Assembly: GCF_009914755.1 (NCBI RefSeq) | Contig: NC_060926.1 | DNA length: 64,000 nt | From: the human T2T-CHM13v2.0 reference genome, Homo sapiens | Reading direction: 5' to 3' (one strand) | Part shown: positions 1 to 12,500 of the stretch, in pieces | Layout of the letters: each line of letters begins with the position of its first letter | Numbering within the stretch: the first letter of the stretch is position 1 | Program-made: the position numbers and the translations under genes | The notes under the pieces: generated by a model | The model's input: only the letters and a program-made list of their open reading frames with translations | The model's database searches: none | Told to the model about the DNA's origin: nothing

Positions 1-2513
1 AATCATCATCGAATGGAACCAAATAGAATCATCAGATGGACTCGAAAGGAATCATTGAATGGACTCGAATGGAGTTGTCATCGAATGGAATCAAATGGAA
101 TCATCGAACAGAATTGAATCGAATCCTCATTGAATGAAATCAAATGGAATCATCGAATGGACTCGAATGGAAGCAATATCAAATGGAATCGAAAGGAATC
201 ATGGAATGCATTCAAAGGGAATAATCAAATGGACTCAAATGGAATCAACATCAAGTGGAATCGAAAGGAATCATCGAATGGACAGGAATGGAATCATCAT
301 CGAATGGAATCGAATGGAATCATCGAATGGACATGAATGGAATCACTATCCAATGGAACCGAATGGAATCATCATGGAATGGAACCGGAAGGAGTCGTCA
401 TCAAATGGAATCCAATGAAATCATTGAATGGACTCGAATGGAATCATCATCAACTGGAATTGAATGGAATCATCGAACGGACTCCAGTGGAATCATCGGA
501 GAATGGAATCGAATGGAATTATCAAACGGACTCAAATGGAATAAACTTTGAATGGAATCGAGGGGAATCATCAAATGGAATCGAATGCAATCATTGAACG
601 GAATCGAATGGCATCACCGAATGGAATCCAATGGAATCACCATTGAATGGACTCGAATGGAATCATCATTGAATGGAATCGAATGGAATCATCGAATGGA
701 CTCGAATGGAATCATCATCAATTGGAATCAAATGGAATCATCGAATGGAATCGAAAGGAATCATCATCAACTGTAATGAACTGGAATCATTGAATGGAAT
801 CGAATGGAATCGTCATCAAAAATAATCGAATAGAATAATCAAATGGAATCAAATGCAATCAACATCAAATGGAATCGAATGGAATCCTAGAATGACATCG
901 AATGGAATCCTCATCGAATGGAATCAAAGGGAATCAATATCGAATGGAATCGAAAGCAATCATTGAATGGACTTGAATACAATCATCAAATGGATTTGAA
1001 GGGAATCCTCATTGAATGGAATAGAACAAAAACATTGAATGGACACGAATGGAATCATCATCGAATGGAATCAAATGGAGTCATCAAATGGACTCGAATG
1101 GAATCATCATCAAATGGGATCATCATCAAATGGAATCGAATGGAGTCATCGAATGGACACGAATGAATGAACAAATGGACTCGAATGGAAACATCAAATA
1201 GAATCGAATGGAATCATCGAAAGGAATTGAATGGAATTATTGAATGGACTCGAATGGAATCATCTAATGGACACGAATGGAATAATCATAAAATGGAATC
1301 GAATGGAATCATCAAATGGACTCGAATGAATGGAATCATTGAATGGACTCGAATGGAATCATCGAATGGACTCAAATGGAATCATCATCAAATGGACTCG
1401 AATGGAATCATCACATGGAATCAAACCGAATCGTCATCGAATGGAATCGAATGGAATCATCGAATGGAATTGAAGGCAATCATCATCGAATGGAATCGAA
1501 TGGAATCATCATCAAATGGAATCAAGCGGAAGGAATCATCAAATGGAATCAAATGGAATCATTGTTGAATGGAATGGAATGGAATCATTGAATGGAATTG
1601 AATGGGATCACCAATGAACGGAATCAAATGGAATCATCTTCTAATGGAATCGAAAGGAATCATCAAATACACTCGAATGGAATCATCATCGAATGGAATC
1701 GTGTGGAATCGTCGAATGGACTGGAAATGAATCATAATCAAATGCAATTAAAATGAATCATCATCGAAAGGAATCACATGGAATCATCATCGAATGGAAT
1801 CATGTAGAAACATCACAGAATGGAATTGAATGGAATCATCAGTTGGACTCGAATGGAATCATCAAATGTACTCGAAGGGACGCGTCAAATGGACTCGAAC
1901 GGAATCATCATCGAATGGAATCGAATGGGATCATCGAAAGGACTCGAATCAAATCTTCAAAAGGACTCAAAGGGAATCATTGTAGAATGGAATTGAATAG
2001 ATTCATCAGACAGCCTCGAATGGAAACATCATTGAATGGAATTGATTGGAAACATCGAATTCACTCGAATGGAATCATCATCTGATGGAATTCAAGGGAA
2101 TCATCGAATGGACACAAATGGAATCATCATCAAATGGAATCCATTGGAACGATCGAATGGAATCACATGGAATTATCAAATGGAATCGAATGCAATCATC
2201 ATTGAATGGAATCGAATGGAATCATCGAATGGTATCCAAAGGAATCAACATTGAATGCCCTCGCATGGAATCATCATCATATAGAGTAGAAAGGAATCAT
2301 TGAATGGACTCGAATGGAACCATCATTGAATGGAATCACCAAATGGAATCAAATGGAATCATCATCAAATGAAATCAAACGGAATCATCAAATGGAATCG
2401 AATGGAATCATCATTGAATGGATTCGAATAGAATCTTTGAATGAAATTGAATGGAATCAGCATGAAATGGAATCTAAAGGAATCATAGAATGGTATCGAA
2501 TGGAATCATCATC

Positions 2514-2542
2514 GAATGGAATGGAATGGAATGGAATGGAAT
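2514..2542 (+). repeat. Pure (GGAAT)5-6 pentamer run, once per 6.5 kb unit
   Basis: GAATGGAATGGAATGGAATGGAATGGAAT in A/C units and (GGAAT)6 in B/D units, e.g. 9077-9106. Confidence 0.9.
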
Positions 2543-3124
2543 CAGCATAGAATGGAATCAAAAGCAATCATTCAATGGAATCTAATAGAATCATCGAATA
2601 GACTTGAATGTAATCATCATCGAATGGAGAAGAATGGAATCATCCAATGGACAGGAATGGAATCATCCTCGAATGGAATCGAATGGAATCATATAATGGA
2701 CCCGAATGGAATCATCATTGAATGGAATAGAATGGAATCGTCATCGAATGGAATCATATGGAATCATCTAATGGACCCGAATGGAATCATTATCGAATTG
2801 AATAGAATGCAATCATCATCAAATGGAATCGAATGGAATCATCAAAAGGAATCGAATGGAGTCATTGTCTAATGCAATCGAATGAAATCATAGTATGGAA
2901 TCCCATGAAATCAACATCGAATGGAATCGATTGGAATCATTATCAAATAGAATTGAATGGAATCACTGAATGGAATCATCATCAAATGGACTCCAACGGA
3001 ATCATCGAATTGACTCTAATGGAATCATCACTGAATGGAACAGAACGGAATAATCAAATGGAAACGAATGGAATCATCATCGAATGGAATCGAATGGTAT
3101 CATCAAATGCACTTGAATGGAATC

Positions 3125-3575
3125 ATCAATGAATGCAATCGAATGGTATAATCGAATGGAATCAAATGGAATCATCTTCGAGTGGAACCTAAAGGAATCG
3201 CCAAATGGACTCCAATGGAATAATCATCATATGGAATCGAGTGGAATCATCGAATGTACTCGAATGGAATCATCGAATGGAATCGAATGGAATCATGGTC
3301 GAACGGAAAAGAATGGAATCATCAAGTGGACACGAATGGAATCAACATCTAATGGAATGGAATGGAATCATCAAATGGAATGGAATGGAATCATCATTGA
3401 ATGGAATAAAATGGAATAATCAAATGGAATCAAATGGAATAATCAATGAATGGAATCGAATGGTATCATGGAATGGAATTGAATGGAAACGTCTTTGAGT
3501 GGAATCTAAAGGAATCACCGAATGGACTCCAATCATCAGATGGAATCGAGTGGAATCATCGAATGTAGTCGAATG
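3125..3575 (+). repeat. Older internal direct repeat within the unit, 317-bp spacing
   Basis: CTTCGAGTGGAACCTAAAGGAATCGCCAAATGGACTCCAAT (~3176) vs CTTTGAGTGGAATCTAAAGGAATCACCGAATGGACTCCAAT (~3493), with homologous flanks. Confidence 0.8.
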
Positions 3576-4836
3576 CAATCATCATCGAATGGAATTGAAT
3601 GGAATCAACGAATGGAATACAAAGGAATCATAGAATGGACTCGAATGGAATCATCATTGAATGGAATGAAATGGAATCATCATGGAATGGAATTGAATGG
3701 AATCATGGAATGGACTCAAATGGAAACATCATCGAATGAAATCGTATGGAATCATCGAATGCAACTGAATGGAATCATTGAATGGACTTGAAAGGAATTA
3801 TTATGGAATGGAATTGAATGGAATCATTGAATGGACTTGAAAGGAATCATCATCAAGTGGAATCGAATGGAATCGTTGAATGGACTCGAATTGAATCTTT
3901 GAATGGAATCGAATGGAATCATCATTGAATGGAGTCAAATGGAATCATCATCAAATGGAATTGAATGGAATCTTCATTGAATGGACTCGAATGGAATCAT
4001 CATCAAATGGAATCTAATCGAATCATCAATGAAGGGAATTGAATGGAATCATCATCGAATGGAATCAAATGGAATCATCAACAAGTGGAAACGAATGAAA
4101 TCATCGAATGGAATCCAATGGTGTCATCGAATGGACACGAAAGGAATCATCGAATGGAATCAAATGGAATCACCATCGAATGAAATCAAATGGAATCACC
4201 ATCGAATGGAATCTTATGAAATCATCTCATGGACTCTAAGGGAATCATCATCGAATGGAATCGAATGGAATCATTGAATGAAATGGAAAGGAATCACCAT
4301 CGAATGGAATGTTATGGAATCTTCTAATGGACTCGAAGGGAATCATCATCGAATGGAATCGAATGGAATCATTGAATGGAATTGAATGGAATCATCATCA
4401 AATGGAATCGAATGGAATCATCGAATGGAATCTGAATGGAATCATCAATGAATGGAATCAAATGGAATCATCTAATGGACGTGAATGGAATCATCATCGA
4501 AAGCAATGAAATGTAATTCAATCGAATGGACATGAATGGAATCATCATTGAATGGAATCAAATGGAATCCTCATCGAATGGAATCGAATGGAATCATCAA
4601 ATGGAATAGAATGGAGTCATCGTCGAATGTAATCGAATGTAATCATCGAATGGCATCGAATGGAATCATCGACTGGAAAAGAATGGAATCATCATCGAAT
4701 GGAAATGAATAGAATCACAGAATGAAATCGAATGGAATCATCATCGAATGGAGTCTAATGGAATAATCATCGAATGGAATAGAATGGAATCATCGAGTGG
4801 ACACGAATGGAATCATCATTGAATGCAATCGAATAG

Positions 4837-5250
4837 AATCATCAAATGGACTTGAATGGAAACAACATCGAATGGAATCGAATTTAGTCATTGAATGGCA
4901 TTGAGTGGAATCATCATTGAATGGAATCTAAGGAAATCATCGAATGGACTTGAGTGGAATCATCGAATGGACTGGAGTGGAATCATCGAATGGACTCGAG
5001 GGGAATCATCATTGAATGGAATCTAGTGGAATCATTGAATGGACTCGAATGGAATAATCGAATGGGCTTGAGTGGAATCATCATCAAATGGAATCAAATG
5101 GAATCATCAAATGGACTTGAATGGAAACAACATCGAATGGAATCGAATTTAGTCATTGAATTGCACTGAGTGGAATCATCATTGAATGGAATCTAAGGAA
5201 ATCATCGAATGGACTCGAGTGGAATCATCGAATGGACTCGAGGGGAATCA
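4837..5250 (+). repeat. Internal direct repeat within the unit, 265-bp spacing
   Basis: The block GGACTTGAATGGAAACAACATCGAATGGAATCGAATTTAGTCATTGAAT...GGAATCTAAGGAAATC occurs twice (AATTTAGTCA at 4881 and 5146) and is present in every complete unit. Confidence 0.88.
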
Positions 5251-6515
5251 TCATCGAATGGAATGGACTGTAATCATCGATTGGACTCGAATGGAATCAT
5301 CATTGAATGGAATCGAATGGAATCAACGAATGGACTCGAATAGAATCATCATCGAATGGAATCGAATGGAATCAAAGAATGGACTCTAATGGAGTCATCA
5401 TCAAATGGAATCTAATGGAATCATCTAATGGACCTGAAAGGAATCATCATTGAATGGAATCGAATGGAATCATCGAATGGACTCGAATGGAATCATCATC
5501 GAATGGAATCTAATGGAATCATTGAATGGACTCGAATGGAATAATCGAATGGGCTTGAGTGGAATCATCATCAAATGGAATCGAATGCAATCATCAAATG
5601 GACTCGAATGGAATCATCGTCAAATGGAATCGAATGGAATCATCATCAAAGGGAATCGAATGGAATCCTCATCGAATGGAATCGAACGGAATCATCATCG
5701 AATGGAATCACCAAATTGAATCGAATGGAATGATCGTCAAAGACAATCGAAGGGAAACATCGAATGGGATTGAACGGAGTCATCGAATGGAATCGATAGG
5801 AATCATCGAATGGATTCAAATGCAATCATCATCAAATGGAAACGAACGGAATCATCGAATGGACACGAATGGAATCATCATCAAATAGATTTGAATGGAA
5901 TCATCAAATGGCATCGAATGGAATCACCATTGAATGGAATCGAATGGAATCATCGAATGGCATCGAATGGAATCATCATCGAATAAAATCAAATGGAATA
6001 ATCGAATGTACTCGAATGGAATCATCAAATGGATTTGAGAGGAATCATCATCGAATGGAATTGAACAGAATCATCAAATGGACTCGAATGGAATCCTCAT
6101 TGAATGGAATCGAATGGAATCATTCAATGGAGTCGAATGGAATAATCAGCAAATGGAATCGAATGGAATCATTGAATATCAACGAATGGAATCATCATCG
6201 AATGGAGTCGAATGGAATCATCAAACGAACTCGAATGCAATCATCATAGAATGGAATCGAATGGAATCTTTGAATGGACCTGAATGGAATCATCATCGAA
6301 TGCAAACGAATGGAATCATCATCAAATGGAATCACATGGAATCATCAAATGGAAAAGAATTGAATAATCATAGAAAGGAATTGAATAGAATCATCGAATG
6401 AAACCGAATGGAATCATCATCGAATGGAATCGAATGGAATCATCATCGAATGCAATTGAATGGAATCATCATCGAATGGAATCGAATGGAATCACCAACG
6501 AATGGAATTCAAAGG

Positions 6516-9500
6516 AATCATCATCGAATGGAACCAAATAGAATCATCAGATGGACTCGAAAGGAATCATTGAATGGACTCGAATGGAGTTGTCATCGAA
6601 TGGAATCAAATGGAATCATCGAACAGAATTGAATCGAATCCTCATTGAATGAAATCAAATGGAATCATCGAATGGACTCGAATGGAAGCAATATCAAATG
6701 GAATCGAAAGGAATCATGGAATGCATTCAAAGGGAATAATCAAATGGACTCAAATGGAATCAACATCAAGTGGAATCGAAAGGAATCATCGAATGGACAG
6801 GAATGGAATCATCATCGAATGGAATCGAATGGAATCATCGAATGGACATGAATGGAATCACTATCCAATGGAACCGAATGGAATCATCATGGAATGGAAC
6901 CGGAAGGAGTCGTCATCAAATGGAATCCAATGAAATCATTGAATGGACTCGAATGGAATCATCATCAACTGGAATTGAATGGAATCATCGAACGGACTCC
7001 AGTGGAATCATCGGAGAATGGAATCGAATGGAATTATCAAACGGACTCAAATGGAATAAACTTTGAATGGAATCGAGGGGAATCATCAAATGGAATCGAA
7101 TGCAATCATCGAACGGAATCGAATGGCATCACCGAATGGAATCCAATGGAATCACCATTGAATGGACTCGAATGGAATCATCATTGAATGGAATCGAATG
7201 GAATCATCGAATGGACTCGAATGGAATCATCATCAATTGGAATCAAATGGAATCATCGAATGGAATCGAAAGGAATCATCATCAACTGTAATGAACTGGA
7301 ATCATTGAATGGAATCGAATGGAATCGTCATCAAAAATAATCGAATAGAATAATCAAATGGAATCAAATGCAATCAACATCAAATGGAATCGAATGGAAT
7401 CCTAGAATGACATCGAATGGAATCCTCATCGAATGGAATCAAAGGGAATCAATATCGAATGGAATCGAAAGCAATCACTGAATGGACTTGAATACAATCA
7501 TCAAATGGATTTGAAGGGAATCCTCATTGAATGGAATAGAACAAAAACATTGAATGGACACGAATAGAATCATCATCGAATGGAATCAAATGGAGTCATC
7601 AAATGGACTCGAATGGAATCATCATCAAATGGGATCATCATCAAATGGAATCGAATGGAGTCATCGAATGGACACGAATGAATGAACAAATGGACTCGAA
7701 TGGAAACATCAAATAGAATCGAATGGAATCATCGAAAGGAATTGAATGGAATTATTGAATGGACTCGAATGGAATCATCTAATGGACACGAATGGAATAA
7801 TCATAAAATGGAATCGAATGGAATCATCAAATGGACTCGAATGAATGGAATCATTGAATGGACTCGAATGGAATCATCGAATGGACTCAAATGGAATCAT
7901 CATCAAATGGACTCGAATGGAATCATCACATGGAATCAAACCGAATCGTCATCGAATGGAATCGAATGGAATCATCGAATGGAATTGAAGGCAATCATCA
8001 TCGAATGGAATCGAATGGAATCATCATCAAATGGAATCAAGCGGAAGGAATCATCAAATGGAATCAAATGGAATCATTGTTGAATGGAATGGAATGGAAT
8101 CATTGAATGGAATTGAATGGGATCACCAATGAACGGAATCAAATGGAATCATCTTCTAATGGAATCGAAAGGAATCATCAAATACACTCGAATGGAATCA
8201 TCATCGAATGGAATCGTGTGGAATCGTCGAATGAACTGGAAATGAATCATAATCAAATGCAATTAAAATGAATCATCATCGAAAGGAATCACATGGAATC
8301 ATCATCGAATGGAATCATGTGGAAACATCACAGAATGGAATTGAATGGAATCATCAGTTGGACTCGAATGGAATCATCAAATGTACTCGAAGGGACGCGT
8401 CAAATGGACTCGAACGGAATCATCATCGAATGGAATCGAATGGGATCATCGAAAGGACTCGAATCAAATCTTCAAAAGGACTCAAAGGGAATCATTGTAG
8501 AATGGAATTGAATAGATTCATCAGACAGCCTCGAATGGAAACATCATTGAATGGAATTGATTGGAAACATCGAATTCACTCGAATGGAATCATCATCTGA
8601 TGGAATTCAAGGGAATCATCGAATGGACACAAATGGAATCATCATCAAATGGAATCCATTGGAACGATTGAATGGAGTCGCATGGAATTATCAAATGGAA
8701 TCGAATGGAATCATCTTTGAATGGAATCAAATGGAATCATCGAATGGAATCGAAGGCAATCATCATTGAATGGAATCGAATGGAATCATCGAATGGTATC
8801 CAAAGGAATCACCATTGAATGCCCTCGCATGGAATCATCATCATATAGAGTAGAAAGGAATCATTGAATGGACTCGAATGGAACCATCATTGAATAGAAT
8901 CACCAAATGGAATCAAATGGAATCACCATCAAATGAAATCAAACGGAATCATCAAATGGAATCGAATGGAATCATCATTGAATGGATTCGAATAGAATCT
9001 TTGAATGAAATTGAATGGAAGCAGCATGAAATGGAATCTAAAGGAATCATAGAATGGTATCGAATGGAATCATCGTGGAATGGAATGGAATGGAATGGAA
9101 TGGAATCAGCATCGAATGGAATCAAAAGCAATCATTCCATGGACTCTAATAGAATCATCGAATAGACTTGAATGTAATCATCATCGAATGGAGAAGAATG
9201 GAATCATCCAATGGACACGAATGGAATCATCCTCGAATGCAATCAAATGGAATCATATAATGGACCCGAATGGAATCATCATTGCATGCAATAGAATGGA
9301 ATCGTCATCGAATGGAATCGTATGGAATCATCTAATGAACCCGAATGGAATCATCGTCGAAATGAATAGAATGCAATCATCATCAAATGGAATCGAATGG
9401 ATTCATCATCAAATAGAATCGAATGGAATCATCAAAAGGAATCGAATGGAGTCATTGTCTAATGCAATCGAATGAAATCATAGTATGGAATCCCATGAAA

Positions 9501-12500
9501 TCAACATCGAATGGAATCGATTGGAATCATTATCAAATAGAATTGAATGGAATCACTGAATGGAATCATCATCAAATGGACTCCAACGGAATCATCGAAT
9601 TGACTCTAATGGAATCATCACTGAATGGAACAGAACGGAATAATCAAATGGAAACGAATGGAATCATCATCGAATGGAATCGAATGGTATCATCAAATGC
9701 ACTTGAATGGAATCATCAATGAATGCAATCGAATGGTAAAATCGAATGGAATCAAATGGAATCATCTTCGAGTGGAACCTAAAGGAATCGCCAAATGGAC
9801 TCCAATGGAATAATCATCATATGGAATCGAGTGGAATCATCGAATGTACTCGAATGGAATCATCGAATGTACTCGAATGGAATCATCGAATGGAATCGAA
9901 TGGAATCATGGTCGAACGGAAAAGAATGGAATCATCAAGTGGACACGAATGGAATCAACATCTAATGGAATGGAATGGAATCATCAAATGGAATGGAATG
10001 GAATCATCATCGAATGGAATAAAATTGAATAATCAAATGGAATCAAATGGAATCATCAATGAATGGAATCGAATGGTATCATGGAATGGAATTGAATGGA
10101 ATCGTCTTTGAGTGGAATCTAAAGGAATCACCGAATGGACTCCAATCATCAGATTGAATCGAGTGGAATCATCGAATGTAGTCGAATGCAATCATCATCG
10201 AATGGAATTGAATGGAATCAACGAATGGAATACAAAGGAATCATAGAATGGACTCGAATGGAATCATCATTGAATGGAATGAAATGGAATCATCATGGAA
10301 TGGAATTGAATGGAATCATGGAATGGACTCAAATGGAATCATCATCGAATGAAATCGTATGGAATCATCGAATGCAACTGAATGGAATCATTGAATGGAC
10401 TTGAAAGGAATTATTATGGAATGGAATTGAATGGAATCATTGAATGGACTTGAAAGGAATCATCATCAAGTGGAATCGAATGGAATCGTTGAATGGACTC
10501 GAATTGAATCTTTGAATGGAATCGAATGGAATCATCATTGAATGGAGTCAAATGGAATCATCATCAAATGGAATTGAATGGAATCTTCATTGAATGGACT
10601 CGAATGGAATCATCATCAAATGGAATCTAATCGAATCATCAATGAAGGGAATCGAATGGAATCATCATCGAATGGAATCGAATGGAATCATCAACAAGTG
10701 GAAACGAATGAAATCATCGAATGGAATCCAATGGTGTCATCGAATGGACACGAAAGGAATCATCGAATGGAATCAAATGGAATCACCATCGAATGAAATC
10801 AAATGGAATCACCATCGAATGGAATGTTATGAAATCATCTCATGGACTCTAAGGGAATCATCATCGAATGGAATCGAATGGAATCATTGAATGAAATGGA
10901 AAGGAATCACCATCGAATGGAATGTTATGGAATCTTCTAATGGACTCGAAGGGAATCATCATCGAATGGAATCGAATGGAATCATTGAATGCAATTGAAT
11001 GGAATCATCATCAAATGGAATCGAATGGAATCATCGAATGGAATCTGAATGGAATCATCAATGAATGGAATCAAATGGAATCATCTAATGGACGTGAATG
11101 GAATCATCATCGAAAGCAATGAAATGTAATTCAATCGAATGGACATGAATGGAATCATCATTGAATGGAATCAAATGGAATCCTCATCGAATGGAATCGA
11201 ATGGAATCATCAAATGGAATAGAATGGAGTCATCGTCGAATGTAATCGAATGTAATCATCGAATGGCATCGAATGGAATCATCGACTGGAAAAGAATGGA
11301 ATCATCATCGAATGGAAATGAATAGAATCACAGAATGAAATCGAATGGAATCATCATCGAATGGAGTCTAATGGAATAATCATCGAATGGAATAGAATGG
11401 AATCATCGAGTGGACACGAATGGAATCATCATTGAATGCAATCGAATAGAATCATCAAATGGACTTGAATGGAAACAACATCGAATGGAATCGAATTTAG
11501 TCATTGAATGTCATTGAGTGGAATCATCATTGAATGGAATCTAAGGAAATCATCGAATGGACTTGAGTGGAATCATCGAATGGACTGGAGTGGAATCATC
11601 GAATGGACTCGAGGGGAATCATCATTGAATGGAATCTAGTGGAATCATTGAATGGACTCGAATGGAATAATCGAATGGGCTTGAGTGGAATCATCATCAA
11701 ATGGAATCAAATGGAATCATCAAATGGACTTGAATGGAAACAACATCGAATGGAATCGAATTTAGTCATTGAATTGCACTGAGTGGAATCATCATTGAAT
11801 GGAATCTAAGGAAATCATCGAATGGACTCGAGTGGAATCATCGAATGGACTCGAGGGGAATCATCATCGAATGGAATGGACTGTAATCATCGATTGGACT
11901 CGAATGGAATCATCATTGAATGGAATCGAATGGAATCAACGAATGGACTCGAATAGAATCATCATCGAATGGAATCGAATGGAATCAAAGAATGGACTCT
12001 AATGGAGTCATCATCAAATGGAATCTAATGGAATCATCTAATGGACCTGAAAGGAATCATCATTGAATGGAATCGAATGGAATCATCGAATGGACTCGAA
12101 TGGAATCATCATCGAATGGAATCTAATGGAATCATTGAATGGACTCGAATGGAATAATCGAATGGGCTTGAGTGGAATCATCATCAAATGGAATCGAATG
12201 CAATCATCAAATGGACTCGAATGGAATCATCGTCAAATGGAATCGAATGGAATCATCATCAAAGGGAATCGAATGGAATCCTCATCGAATGGAATCGAAC
12301 GGAATCATCATCGAATGGAATCACCAAATTGAATCGAATGGAATGATCGTCAAAGACAATCGAAGGGAAACATCGAATGGGATTGAACGGAGTCATCGAA
12401 TGGAATCGATAGGAATCATCGAATGGATTCAAATGCAATCATCATCAAATGGAAACGAACGGAATCATCGAATGGACACGAATGGAATCATCATCAAATA

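Larger units (their letters stand above)
1..6515 (+). repeat. ~6.5 kb unit 1, type A (6515 bp; lacks the 49-, 26- and 23-bp blocks)
   Basis: The sequence at position 1 (AATCATCATCGAATGGAACCAAATAG) recurs at 6516, the ORF anchor moves 130->6645 and the ACGCGT marker 1880->8395. The unit phase is arbitrary (set at the window start). Confidence 0.93.

Noticed and set aside
1870-2290. Possible foreign insertions or mobile-element fragments (GGGACGCGTC, CAGACAGCCTC, GCCCTCGCATG)
   Set aside because: Each aligns in register to the 23/26-bp block by substitutions. No target-site duplications, poly-A tails or Alu/L1 sequence were seen.
2420-2440. Heat-shock elements (many GAA triplets, e.g. GATTCGAATAGAATC)
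   Set aside because: A canonical HSE needs alternating inverted nGAAn units. Here GAA is almost always in direct orientation and TTC is rare on +.
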